Shown here: piece by piece, positions 30,805-40,777 of the stretch
Layout: each line of letters opens with the position of its first letter
Numbering within the stretch: position 1 is the first letter of the stretch
Source: an uncultured Candidatus Cloacimonadota bacterium
GTDB lineage: Bacteria > Cloacimonadota > Cloacimonadia > Cloacimonadales > TCS61
Direction: 5' to 3'
Length of the DNA stretch: 64,000 nt
NCBI GenBank assembly: GCA_964521025.1
Contig: CAZFPK010000001.1
Coordinates: 92,845-156,844 of the forward strand
Notes under the pieces: generated by a model
The model's input: only the letters and a program-made list of their open reading frames with translations
What the model was told of the DNA's origin: nothing
Database searches by the model: none
Translations under genes and position numbers: made by a program

Positions 30805-32859
30805 CTAAAAAGTATAACTCACCTTCATATAAGCCTGTTCGTAGTCGGTGATAAACTCCTGATCAATTTCATCTTGAGCAGTTTTATAACCGAGATAGAA
30901 ATTGCAGTTATCCTTGAATTCAAAACGAAGATTGGAGAAAAAACCGAGATTAGCAGAATAATTTTCCATCTCATAATTGTTATATCGCAAACCATTAGTG
31001 AGAGAGAGTCGATTGGAAAAATTGATGATCAAATCGGCATTTCCGATCCAATATTCATCATCCTTTCCGCAATCGATCGGGAAATCAAAATGCTTAAGTT
31101 TTTGCCCGGAAATATTATATGAAATATGATTGCTGACATCTCCAAAAAAAGTTATGTGAAATTTATCTCTTCTAAATATTTCGGAAAGATCATAAACGAG
31201 AGAATTTCCTGTGATGTAAGTGAGCCAGGCACCAAACCAGGAAATCTTCCAGGTTTTGATACTTGCGTAAAAATTATTCCAGGTGTAAACAGAACCGTTG
31301 TAATTTTCCTGACCAATACTCCCATTCAAACTGAAATTAATTTTATGAGGAGAATTCATCCAGAAATTCAATCCTCCATTTTGTTCGAGCAGTTCTTTAT
31401 TTTCATTTTCAAATGCTTTATGAAGCCAGATACTCGAACCAAACTTCTTTATGATCTTTCCATTCGGATCACTGTTTTGCCAAAAATTTGCATTTAGAGA
31501 TGTGAAATCGGTTTCAAAAACCCGACCCATGTCCGCATTATAATTTTTGCTCATTCGCGCTCCGTTCAACGACCAGTTTAGATCACTCTTTTTTCCATTA
31601 TATCCGAGATGGACAGAATATCCTTTTTCATATTTAATTTCCGGATCATTTTTCAAAGTGAAATCTATCTCACTCCAAATCGAGTGGTTTTTCACAAATT
31701 CCCATCTTGGATTGATCATTAGAACTTCGTTGTGATAATCTTTGTTCATCCTGTTCAAGAGCGTCATTTGAATAGAAAGATCTTCCCATTTCGGTTTGAA
31801 AGCCAACAGGTTATAAAGATCATTATCGTTCAGGATATTATTATCATCCGAAACTTTTTTATCCATTGCGGAAAGAAATCCATAAGAAAAATTTTCAGTA
31901 TTTCCCGTCAATTTGACAGCATAACGAGGTTGCATAATATGACGGGAATAAAACAAATTGCTCTCTACTCCGAAAACATCGAGATCTTCGATAAAGAAAT
32001 AACGATTTTCCTCGAAATGCGGAGGATAGCGAATATTGAAATTATCTTCCACTTCATCCAGCGGAATATCGGAAAAATCGGGATTCAGACTGATCTTTGC
32101 TTTTGTGGAAGAAGTAGGATTATAAGAAAAATCCAATCCAATATTTTCCGGATCGAAAGAATCTGTCTTTTCAATCAAATCATATTTTTTGATGAAATAT
32201 GGAGTGATCCTGTAATTCTTGTTTTTGGATAATTCCTCATTTATAGTGACATCATAAGCAGTCCGAAAATAATCTTTTCCCATTTTATTTGTGCCGAAAG
32301 GAACTGAAAAATATTCGTCGGATTCCTTCAAATACCGGGTTAAAATTATTTTCCAATTATAAGGAGGATCACCGTAAAATCGTAAATCTTTCAAAGGAAT
32401 TTTCATCATACTTTTCCATAACTTTTCGGAAATAATATTTTCCCTCTTGTAATTGCTGTTCCAACTTGTATCCATATTCATGTCGGATTGGCGAATGCCG
32501 TCATAATGATTTCCGAGCGGAAAAACGCAAAACATATAAGCATAATAATTTTTGATGTCCGTGATGACCTGGATCCTGATAAAATCGCAATCGACCCATT
32601 CATCCTTGTTTGCTAATTTTCCTTGTGCAAAACTTTTATCGATTTCCGCTTCGCAACGAACAAATAGATTTTCTTTATCGTGCCAAAGCCAAACATCTGT
32701 CCGCAACGGAATTGACTGCCCATCATCGGGAGAAATCCGCACAAACTCCGAAAGATGATTCGATTCTGTTTTCAATTCTGTCTGCGAATACGGGATCGTG
32801 ATCGCTGTTAGAATTACTGCTGTGAATATTAAAATTAATGTTACAATTTTCTTTTTCAT
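30805..32859 (-). CDS. DUF5916/CBM9-like outer-membrane protein
   Basis: Signal peptide; LNPDFSDIPLD..ENRYFF; C-terminal YMKVSYTF barrel signal. Confidence 0.8.
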   Translation of the reverse strand: MKKKIVTLILIFTAVILTAITIPYSQTELKTESNHLSEFVRISPDDGQSIPLRTDVWLWHDKENLFVRCEAEIDKSFAQGKLANKDEWVDCDFIRIQVITDIKNYYAYMFCVFPLGNHYDGIRQSDMNMDTSWNSNYKRENIISEKLWKSMMKIPLKDLRFYGDPPYNWKIILTRYLKESDEYFSVPFGTNKMGKDYFRTAYDVTINEELSKNKNYRITPYFIKKYDLIEKTDSFDPENIGLDFSYNPTSSTKAKISLNPDFSDIPLDEVEDNFNIRYPPHFEENRYFFIEDLDVFGVESNLFYSRHIMQPRYAVKLTGNTENFSYGFLSAMDKKVSDDNNILNDNDLYNLLAFKPKWEDLSIQMTLLNRMNKDYHNEVLMINPRWEFVKNHSIWSEIDFTLKNDPEIKYEKGYSVHLGYNGKKSDLNWSLNGARMSKNYNADMGRVFETDFTSLNANFWQNSDPNGKIIKKFGSSIWLHKAFENENKELLEQNGGLNFWMNSPHKINFSLNGSIGQENYNGSVYTWNNFYASIKTWKISWFGAWLTYITGNSLVYDLSEIFRRDKFHITFFGDVSNHISYNISGQKLKHFDFPIDCGKDDEYWIGNADLIINFSNRLSLTNGLRYNNYEMENYSANLGFFSNLRFEFKDNCNFYLGYKTAQDEIDQEFITDYEQAYMKVSYTF

Positions 32860-33170
32860 ATTTTATTTTTTCCTTTTTTTTGAAATCATGAATTAACACA
32901 AATTTTCACGAATCTAAAACTTAAGTTAAGCCGGCTTTAGCAGGTCTTGACTTAAGTTGACATATTCCGCTCCCATTAATTCTCAATATATTTGTGAAGT
33001 CTCCGAGAACTTAACAAATTTTGTTTCGATCCTTGCAAAACTTCACAAGTTTTTGGAAACTTGGTAAGTTTTCTCAAAATCGGAATTTCGAGTTACTGTA
33101 TCACAATCAATCCTGATTGTGTTTTTCTCAAACAAGATTGTTTGAGTTACATTTATCCTGTTCATCCTTT
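32860..33170. repeat. Composite palindromic spacer (F-A-B-C-G)
   Basis: A 32917-32961, B 32991-33071, C 33073-33096, G 33092-33150. Confidence 0.88.
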
Positions 33171-33464
33171 TTAATCATTCACCCAATATTCCCGGCAATC
33201 TTGAGTTCTTCTCATAAATCCATAATCGACGAGTAATCTTCTAATTATGAAGATATCATCATAAAAACCGGAGACAATTTCATTCACCTCTTTTTCTGAA
33301 TATTTCCTATTCGATTCGAAATTCTCGAAAATTTTCTGTAAAACTATCACCTTTTTCTTCTCTTTATTTGGAAGTGTTTTCAATCTTCCCGAATCTTTAT
33401 CGAAATATGATTTCAACACTTTCTCTTTTGTTTTTTCATCTATCTCATATTTGTCTTTGATCAT
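33171..33464 (-). CDS. DUF2087 domain protein
   Basis: GRLKTLPNKEKKK, YSEKEVNE, IRRLLVDYGFMRR..EYW. Confidence 0.85.
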   Translation of the reverse strand: MIKDKYEIDEKTKEKVLKSYFDKDSGRLKTLPNKEKKKVIVLQKIFENFESNRKYSEKEVNEIVSGFYDDIFIIRRLLVDYGFMRRTQDCREYWVND

Positions 33465-33663
33465 TTTGTTCTCCTTTTTTTGAAACCATTAATTAACACA
33501 AATTCTCACGAATAAAACTTGAGTTAAGTCGGCTTTAGCCGATCTTGACTTAAGTTGAAGATAATCATTACTTCGTCTATCCAACCATTGCGAAGGTCAA
33601 GAGAAGCAAGAAGTCCGAAAACCATTCGCAAGGTCTTTCTCGAAATCTGAATTTCGATTTACA

Positions 33664-35352
33664 TTATATCGCAGGTCCATAAAATGATTCCCATAATTTC
33701 TTTGAAACATTGTATGAATCTTTCTCCACCCCGAATTTGCTTACATATTTGCAGATATTTTCAACATCCCGCAAAAGCAGTTCAAAGGCGTTATGATTTA
33801 CATTCGGATCTACTGCTTGAGGAAAATCGATAATATACGGCTCTTCCTTGTGATAGAGAATATTAAAAGGTGAAAGATCACCGTGCACAATATGATTTTG
33901 GAGCATCACGGAAATATTGTTCACGATTTTTTTAAAGACATTTTCCGCTTCTTGCTTATTTAAACGAACATCTTTGAGCATCGGAGCAGAATAATCATCT
34001 TCTCCGATAAAACTCATCACAACAGCATCATCCGTGCAGGCAATCGGTTCCGGCACTTTCAATCCGATGTCAAATAATGTTCCCAAAGCATCAAATTCGT
34101 TGTTCACCCAAATAGAGCGTTCCACTTGTTTCACGATTGAAGAACCTTTCTTTTTACCTCGTTCCAAGCGTTTATCCCAAATCCTGCCTTGATGGTAAAT
34201 TCCATCCTGCTTAAAATTCCGGAATTTCTTTTCCCGATACAATTTTACTGCCATATATTCACAATTCATTTCATGATGCGCCTTACAGCAGACAACAACC
34301 GCTTCTTTACCTTTTTTTACCACTCGAATTAGTTCTGTGATTATTTTTTCATCAAAGAAATCCTCGCAGGATTCTCCGTAACGCATCAAATCTGTTTTGA
34401 AAACATTTTCCACAGGCTGCAATTCATAGAATATTTTTTCCAACAAAGATATTCTTTCTTTATCGATTTCCGGAACTTGTTCAGCGTTAAATTGCTGACC
34501 AATCTCACCCATAAAATCTACACAGCAAACTGCTGTATAAAAATCCAGAACCTGAAGTTGCAGATTGGACAGGTTATATTCATCTGAAATAAAATCGATA
34601 TAATCCGTATCACTATTTTGAGAAAGTAGAGCCATTTTCGTGAGACCTAAATGAAACAATTTATCACCGAAACAGAGTTCATCTACATCTACAATTCCAT
34701 TCAACTTTCCGTTTTGGATGATTACATTTTTGGTAGTGATATCATCGAGAAAAGGAACCGACTCGATCGATGAAAAATATTCATCAAAGCGCTCCATCCT
34801 GGTGAAAAGAAACTCCACCTGTTTCAAACTGCAAACTCCGATGTCAGCGATGCGATCTCTACTTCTTTTCAGCGAATTCCTGATCACATCTTTCCACGAT
34901 TTATTTTCCTTTAGAATTTTATCTTCATAAGAAGTTGCATAACCGTAACCTTCCGCTTTGGGAAGATCTGAAACTATTTTTTGAATTTTCACGATTTCTT
35001 TCGATAGATTTTTCTTTTGCGTCCCGGTCAGTTCATCATAAACAAAATGCAGGTCTTTTCCTGCTAATCGTTCCATAATCACATACGGAAATTCGCATTC
35101 AAAATCGAAATGAAGAATTTCAGGAACAGGAGTTTTAAAATGCTTCATTTTTTTATTCCAATAAACTCCACCTTTTAATAAATTTATGGAGTTATCTCTT
35201 GCGAGACGAATTACAATTTCCTCACCGGTTTCCAATTTTACATCATAAACAAAATGACATAATCCTGCATTAAACCTGCTGATTTCAGAAACAGCAACTT
35301 GATAATGATTTTCTACAATATCTTTTGCGATTTGAATATTTGGATTTTTCAT
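33664..35352 (-). CDS. Aminoglycoside-phosphotransferase-like domain fused to RIO1-type kinase
   Basis: N-half DDITTKNV..GIVDVD; C-half KKGKEAVV, AVKLY, HGDLSPFNIL, IIDFPQAV; start placed at ATG 35352 after the RBS. Confidence 0.8.
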   Translation of the reverse strand: MKNPNIQIAKDIVENHYQVAVSEISRFNAGLCHFVYDVKLETGEEIVIRLARDNSINLLKGGVYWNKKMKHFKTPVPEILHFDFECEFPYVIMERLAGKDLHFVYDELTGTQKKNLSKEIVKIQKIVSDLPKAEGYGYATSYEDKILKENKSWKDVIRNSLKRSRDRIADIGVCSLKQVEFLFTRMERFDEYFSSIESVPFLDDITTKNVIIQNGKLNGIVDVDELCFGDKLFHLGLTKMALLSQNSDTDYIDFISDEYNLSNLQLQVLDFYTAVCCVDFMGEIGQQFNAEQVPEIDKERISLLEKIFYELQPVENVFKTDLMRYGESCEDFFDEKIITELIRVVKKGKEAVVVCCKAHHEMNCEYMAVKLYREKKFRNFKQDGIYHQGRIWDKRLERGKKKGSSIVKQVERSIWVNNEFDALGTLFDIGLKVPEPIACTDDAVVMSFIGEDDYSAPMLKDVRLNKQEAENVFKKIVNNISVMLQNHIVHGDLSPFNILYHKEEPYIIDFPQAVDPNVNHNAFELLLRDVENICKYVSKFGVEKDSYNVSKKLWESFYGPAI

Positions 35353-35576
35353 TGTTTTTTCCTTTTTTTTGAAACTACGAATTTTCACGAATCTAAAACT
35401 TGAGTTAAGTCGGCTTTAGCCGATCTTGACTTAAGTTGACATATTAGCACCTTGAAAAAGTTTCTTTCAATCCATCTTCCTATTTAACTCTTTCAAGGTT
35501 ACACATCTCCAAACTCTGAAATAGTCAAATATAAGAGAATTTGGAAGAGACTTTTTCAGAGTAATATTCAAGGTTT
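35353..35576. repeat. Composite palindromic spacer (F-A-D-H); D-H part nearly colinear with 25171-25283
   Basis: A 35396-35440, D 35449-35500, H 35512-35563. Confidence 0.85.
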
Positions 35577-37403
35577 CTATGCATTCAATATCTTCGCTTC
35601 CTGTTCTTCCATAAACTGGTTCGTGTAGAGTTTATGGTAATATCCTTTCTGGTTGAGAAGTTCGTGATGATTTCCCTGCTCGGTAATTTTTCCATCGCGG
35701 ATCACTAAAATCCTGTCTGACGAACGGATTGTGGAAAGACGGTGGGCGATGATAAAACTCGTACGATTCTCCAGAACTGTTTGGATAGCATCCTGGATTT
35801 TCTGTTCGGTTTCCGTATCCACAGACGAAGTTGCTTCATCCAGCACAAAGATTTTTGGATTCGCTAGAATCGCTCTGGCAAAGGAAATGAGTTGCTTTTC
35901 TCCGGTTGAGAGCAGACTTCCACCTTCACCGACTTCGCTGTCATATCCTTTCTCGGTTTTCTGGATAAAATCGTGTGCATTGACCAATCGAGCCGCATTT
36001 TCAACTTCCTCGTCATTTGCATCCAATCTGCCGTATTTGATGTTGTCCTTGATCGTACCGCTGAACAGATGTGGTGTCTGCAATACATAACCGAGATTGG
36101 AATGCAACCAGAGCAATGACCTTTCCCGATAATCGGTTCCGTCGATTTTGATAGAACCGGAATTCGGTTCATAAAATCGGCAGGCAAGATTTACGATTGT
36201 GCTTTTGCCGGAACCTGTTTCTCCAACGAGTGCTATTGTTTCTCCGGAATTTATTTCCAGGTTGAAATTCTCCAGCACATTTTCACCTTTTTTGTATTTG
36301 AAAGAAACATTCTCAAAGTGGATATTCCCTATTATTTTTGGCCAATTCTCTGTTTTCGAGTTAAGGATATCACCGAATTTTTCCGCAATTTCCGAACTGT
36401 CCTGAATCTCCGGTTTCTCATCGATCATCGAGAAAATCCTCTCTGCTGATGCTTGAGCATTTTGCAATTCCGCAAAGATGCGAGCCAGTTCCCGCAAAGG
36501 TTCAAAAAACTGAACTGTGTAAGATATGAAAGCGACAAGAGTTCCGTAAGTTATGGTTTGCAGGATAACGCCTTCTCCGCCTTTCCATAGTGCGAGTCCG
36601 GTTCCGATGCTGCCGAGAGTCAGAACTGCCGGCAGATACAAGGATGAGAAAATCGCTGCTTTTACGGATGAACGATACATTTTGCTCGTAAGTTGCTGGA
36701 ATTCTTTCAGATTCGCTTCTTCCCGAACTAATGTTTTGGTTGTCTTTGCTCCGGAGATTCCTTCATTGAACGACCCAGTAATGCGCGAATTCGTCTTCCG
36801 AACTTTCCGATAAGTTTTCAGTATTTTCTTCTGGAAATAAATGCTGATCACAACCAAAACCGGAACAACGATCAAAACCATCAACGCCAGTTTCCAATTC
36901 ATAATCAACATCACGATACTGATCCCGATCATCAGCGAAAATCCCCAAACCAGATCGACCAAACCCCAGGCGATGGTTTCTCCCAAACGCTGTCCGTCGG
37001 AAGTCATTCTTGCCATCAGCCAGCCGACCGGAGTTTTATCATAGTAATTGAAGGAAAGTTCCTGCAGATGCTGGAATCCTGCTTTCCTGATGTCGTAGGT
37101 CAATCCCATCTCAACTCTTCCTGCCAAAGCAATGAAGAAATAGATATTTATCGATTGAATGACGATCAATCCGAAATAGATCAGACCAAATCTCACAAGT
37201 CCGTCAGTACTTGCCGGAACAACAAAATGATCGATCGCATACTTACTCATCAGCGGGAAAATGACATCTACTCCAGCCAATCCCAGCATAAAAACTGCGA
37301 TGATGATCATTTGTTTTTTATAGGAAATTGTGAATTGAAAGAGTTTTTTCCACAACTTCCAATCTAAATTTTTATTATATTCCTGTTCTTCAAAAATAGA
37401 CAT
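35577..37403 (-). CDS. ABC exporter TMD-NBD half (consensus subunit of a heterodimer)
   Basis: TM helices; GETGSGKS, LSTGEKQ, LDEATS, AHRLST. Confidence 0.92.
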   Translation of the reverse strand: MSIFEEQEYNKNLDWKLWKKLFQFTISYKKQMIIIAVFMLGLAGVDVIFPLMSKYAIDHFVVPASTDGLVRFGLIYFGLIVIQSINIYFFIALAGRVEMGLTYDIRKAGFQHLQELSFNYYDKTPVGWLMARMTSDGQRLGETIAWGLVDLVWGFSLMIGISIVMLIMNWKLALMVLIVVPVLVVISIYFQKKILKTYRKVRKTNSRITGSFNEGISGAKTTKTLVREEANLKEFQQLTSKMYRSSVKAAIFSSLYLPAVLTLGSIGTGLALWKGGEGVILQTITYGTLVAFISYTVQFFEPLRELARIFAELQNAQASAERIFSMIDEKPEIQDSSEIAEKFGDILNSKTENWPKIIGNIHFENVSFKYKKGENVLENFNLEINSGETIALVGETGSGKSTIVNLACRFYEPNSGSIKIDGTDYRERSLLWLHSNLGYVLQTPHLFSGTIKDNIKYGRLDANDEEVENAARLVNAHDFIQKTEKGYDSEVGEGGSLLSTGEKQLISFARAILANPKIFVLDEATSSVDTETEQKIQDAIQTVLENRTSFIIAHRLSTIRSSDRILVIRDGKITEQGNHHELLNQKGYYHKLYTNQFMEEQEAKILNA

Positions 37404-37449
37404 AATTTACCTCTTAATTAGCAACGAACAAAACTAACAAAACGAACAA

Positions 37450-38145
37450 TTATTTACCACCGAGAACACCGAGATACACCGAGTTTAAATCTCCTCTTGA
37501 GAGGAGTCCGACTTTAGTCGGGAGGTGTGTTTCTTCATCATTGGATATTCCTTGTTGGATATTGAATATTTTTCTCTCCCAATCCCTTCTCAAGAGTGAA
37601 TAAATCAATTGATCATATCTAATTTTCCCATTCTCAAACCAATAATGTGCTCTCATTCTGCCATCGATTTGAAAACCAAAATGATCGAGTAGTTTTATCG
37701 AGCCGATATTTCCCTCATTTGTTTCAGCATAAATCTTATTCAAACTCATTTTCTTATAATTGAACATTGTATCCAAAAATAATGAAAGTAGTATCTTTCC
37801 ATAACCCTTTCTACGATTTTCTTTTGGGAAGTAATAACTGATCTCGATGCTATAATTTCGATGATTTCGATTTTGATAACTGGCGAAACCTAAATATTCT
37901 CCTGTTTTATTTTCTTTCAGAAAAGCGTAATTTATTTCTGAATACAATCGATTCTGCATTCTTTGATAGAATTTCTCAAAATGTTCTTCTTTGAAATCTT
38001 CTGTGTGCTTTTCCGGAACCCAGGCACAACTCATTTTATCTTTTTCATCTTCACTGATCTGCCATTTGTAATACTGCTTCAGAAGTTTTCTATCTTCTTT
38101 ATTTACAAATATTAGTGAATAAGATTTCTTTATGTCTTTTGTCAT
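37450..38145 (-). CDS. RimJ/RimL-type GNAT acetyltransferase with repeat-derived C-terminal tail
   Basis: RRKGYG, NIGSIKLL..FGFQIDGRMR; last ~40 aa run through repeat DNA. Confidence 0.82.
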   Translation of the reverse strand: MTKDIKKSYSLIFVNKEDRKLLKQYYKWQISEDEKDKMSCAWVPEKHTEDFKEEHFEKFYQRMQNRLYSEINYAFLKENKTGEYLGFASYQNRNHRNYSIEISYYFPKENRRKGYGKILLSLFLDTMFNYKKMSLNKIYAETNEGNIGSIKLLDHFGFQIDGRMRAHYWFENGKIRYDQLIYSLLRRDWERKIFNIQQGISNDEETHLPTKVGLLSRGDLNSVYLGVLGGK

Positions 38146-38219
38146 TTGTTCTCCATTTCTTTTCTTCCTTTTTCCTTCATTATTGGAAATTCCTTGTTGG
38201 ATATTGGATATTCATCTTT

Positions 38220-40085
38220 TCAAACAATCTTCTTCTCCTTCTTCAACACATCCGCTTCCATCTGCTTTGGCTCGATCTCGAATTCCAGTTCTTCCTCCAA
38301 CTGATTCTGCAGATTCCAGATACGCTGATAAAGTCCAGTTTGATTAACAAGTTCCTGATGATTTCCCTGCTGGATAAGTTTACCGTTTTCCAGAACCAGA
38401 ATCAAATCTGCTTCTGCGAGTGTATTGATGCGATGCGAGATGATGAAAGTCGTTGCCTTATTATTTCGCTTTTTGAGTTCTTTCCTGATCGCAGCATCTG
38501 TTTCCGTATCGACAGCACTCAATGAATCATCAAAAATCAGAATCGGACTGTCATTTACCAGAGTTCGAGCAATGGCGATTCGCTGCTTTTGTCCGCCGGA
38601 AAGAGTTACACCCCGCTCTCCAACTGCAGTTTCATATCCATTCTCAAAATCTTCGATAACTTCATGCACGGAGGCAATACGAGCGGCTTCAAAGACTTCC
38701 GCTTCGATCACATCGTGCTTTGCCAATCCGATATTTTCTTGAATCGTTTTGGAGAATAGGAAGGGCTCCTGAAGAACAATTCCCACTTTTTTCCTGATCA
38801 CTTTCTTATCGATATTTCTCAATTCAATTCCATCGATCTTGATCGAACCTTTTTGATTCTCATACAATCTCGGTAAAAGATGAACGAGAGACGATTTTCC
38901 AGATCCTGTCGGACCGAGAACAGCAACTGTCTGTCCTTTTTTGATATGAAAAGAAACATCATCCAGAACCGGTTTTCCTTCATCGTATTCGAAAGATACA
39001 TTTTGGAATTCGATCTCGCCTTCGATGGTTGGAGTCGGATCGCTGTCATTTCCAAATTCTTCGATCGGTGCATCGAGTATTTCCTGAATCCTGCCAATCG
39101 AAACAAGCGCTTTTCCCATATCGGTCAGAACTCGTCCCATTTGACGAATCGGCCAGAGCAACATTCCTACATAAGAAGTGAAAGCGAGTAAAGTTCCCAA
39201 CGAGATGATTCCTTTAGCAGCCCAGAAAGTTCCGATAACCAGAACTCCACCGATCTGGATCAAACAGAAAAAATCGGAAACCGACCAATACCAGGCGAGA
39301 AGCCGGATGAGATTGTAAGTAAGGTTGCGATACTCTACATTTCGCTCATCGAATTTCCCGATTTCATAAGACTGTCTGGCAAATGCTCGCACCACGCGCA
39401 CTCCGGTTAGATTTTCCTGTAGAACCGTTGATAATCTTCCTTCCGACTCATCCGAAAGTTTGAATGCTTTCTTTACTTTGATGAAGAAAACCACCGTGAA
39501 ACAGAAAATGAGAGGAATGAGCGACAACGAAACCAGCGTCATTTTCACATTCATCGGCAACATAAAGGAAAGTGCAAAAGCTATCATAAAGAGTGCTCTT
39601 CCAACCTCCACAAACTGCATTGCCAGAAATCTGCGAATCGTTTCCACATCGGAAGTACAGCGCTGGATCAAATCTCCGGTTTTCGCTTTCTGATGATAAT
39701 CATACGGAAGTTTCTGGAGATGATCGTAAACTTTCTCCCTGATCTTCCTGGCAATAGATTCCGCAGAAACAGCCGACCACTTTCCTTTCCAATACAGGAA
39801 AACTCCTCTGATCAATGTTAATCCAATGAGGAGTAAACTGCAGATCCAGAGGTTTTTTGCCAGTAGACTCTGATTTCCAAAAAAATTTAGCAAACCTTCG
39901 ATATACAGCTGCAACCAACCGAAAACAGCCATCTCTTTCCCACCGATGATCGAATCAACAGTGATCCTTAAAATCATTGGCCAAATGAAGTTAATGAAAG
40001 TAGCAAAACCAATGGAAAGGATGGACAGCACATAAAGCGTTCTGTTTCCTTTCATAAAATTCCATAATATTTTTATTTTATCCAT
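38220..40085 (-). CDS. ABC exporter TMD-NBD half (degenerate-site subunit of a heterodimer)
   Basis: GPTGSGKS, LSGGQKQR, Walker B FDDSLSAVD with Asp in place of the catalytic Glu. Confidence 0.92.
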   Translation of the reverse strand: MDKIKILWNFMKGNRTLYVLSILSIGFATFINFIWPMILRITVDSIIGGKEMAVFGWLQLYIEGLLNFFGNQSLLAKNLWICSLLLIGLTLIRGVFLYWKGKWSAVSAESIARKIREKVYDHLQKLPYDYHQKAKTGDLIQRCTSDVETIRRFLAMQFVEVGRALFMIAFALSFMLPMNVKMTLVSLSLIPLIFCFTVVFFIKVKKAFKLSDESEGRLSTVLQENLTGVRVVRAFARQSYEIGKFDERNVEYRNLTYNLIRLLAWYWSVSDFFCLIQIGGVLVIGTFWAAKGIISLGTLLAFTSYVGMLLWPIRQMGRVLTDMGKALVSIGRIQEILDAPIEEFGNDSDPTPTIEGEIEFQNVSFEYDEGKPVLDDVSFHIKKGQTVAVLGPTGSGKSSLVHLLPRLYENQKGSIKIDGIELRNIDKKVIRKKVGIVLQEPFLFSKTIQENIGLAKHDVIEAEVFEAARIASVHEVIEDFENGYETAVGERGVTLSGGQKQRIAIARTLVNDSPILIFDDSLSAVDTETDAAIRKELKKRNNKATTFIISHRINTLAEADLILVLENGKLIQQGNHQELVNQTGLYQRIWNLQNQLEEELEFEIEPKQMEADVLKKEKKIV

Positions 40086-40301
40086 TATTAATTTCCTTTA
40101 ACCGCGAATGAACACAAATTTTCGCGAATTCACCTTGAAAAAGTTTATAAGTCTTTTCTTCTTGCTGAACTTTTTCAACGGTTTTCATTTGAATTTGTGA
40201 AGTCTCCAAAGACTTAACAAATTTTATAAAGCTATTAGTCTAAAAAACTTCACATCCGTCAGTTGCCGGATTGTTAGTTTTCTCAAAATCGGAATTTCGA
40301 G

Positions 40302-40445
40302 TTACTTTCGTTTCAATTCCTCTTTCAAGAATTTCCGTACAGTCTTTCTTCCCTTCTGCTTAAACCAGCGTTTCGATTTTGTATGAGCACCATCCGGATG
40401 CGCCGGTCTTTTCCGGTTATATAATTTTTGAATTCCTGTTTTCAT
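40302..40445 (-). CDS. 47-aa highly basic small protein, not in ORF track
   Basis: MKTGIQKLYNRKRPAHPDGAHTKSKRWFKQKGRKTVRKFLKEELKRK; bracketed by the same spacer modules as neighbouring genes. Confidence 0.6.
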   Translation of the reverse strand: MKTGIQKLYNRKRPAHPDGAHTKSKRWFKQKGRKTVRKFLKEELKRK

Positions 40446-40608
40446 AATTTATTTCCCACAATTTAGCTCCGAACAAAACCAACAAAACGAACAATCTAAA
40501 ACTTGAGTTAAGTCGGCTTTGTTCGAATCTTGACTTAAGTTGAACTCTTTACCCTCGAAATCGGAATTTCGAGTTACATTCCAGTCCCATCATATGATTT
40601 TCCAAAAT

Positions 40609-40648
40609 AAAAAAAGACTCGTGAGAGCCAGAGCCCACTCGAGTCTTT
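40609..40648 (-). terminator. Attenuator terminator T2
   Basis: Minus strand AAAGACTCGAGTGGGCTCTGGCTCTCACGAGTCTTTTTTT. Confidence 0.8.
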
Positions 40649-40670
40649 GAAAAAATTTTGCTTTAGATAC

Positions 40671-40711
40671 AAAAATAGTGGGATTAGCCCTGGTATCGAC
40701 CAATCCCACTA
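40671..40711 (-). terminator. Attenuator terminator T1
   Basis: Minus strand TAGTGGGATTGGTC-GATACCAG-GGCTAATCCCACTA-TTTTT. Confidence 0.8.
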
Positions 40712-40777
40712 AAATATATTTATCTCATTTTATTGAGCGTTTTTCCTGATATTTTAATAAATTACGGGATCGGTCAA

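Noticed and set aside
35353-35388. N-terminal extension of the APH-RIO ORF (also extensions at 47676, 50213, 59959, 60812)
   Set aside because: Upstream starts lie in repeat or RBS DNA; downstream ATGs have better RBS
15700-40085. RiPP (microcin B17-like) cluster suggested by TldDE, SagB, peptidase, methyltransferase and ABC genes
   Set aside because: No YcaO/cyclodehydratase and no Cys/Ser/Gly-rich precursor; SagB protein appears exported
28194-40543. CRISPR array from module A or C repeats
   Set aside because: Copies are separated by whole genes rather than 30-40-nt spacers; no cas genes
22603-40580. Classical integron/attC array
   Set aside because: No intI in the window, and spacers lack paired RYYYAAC...GTTRRRY boxes at their ends
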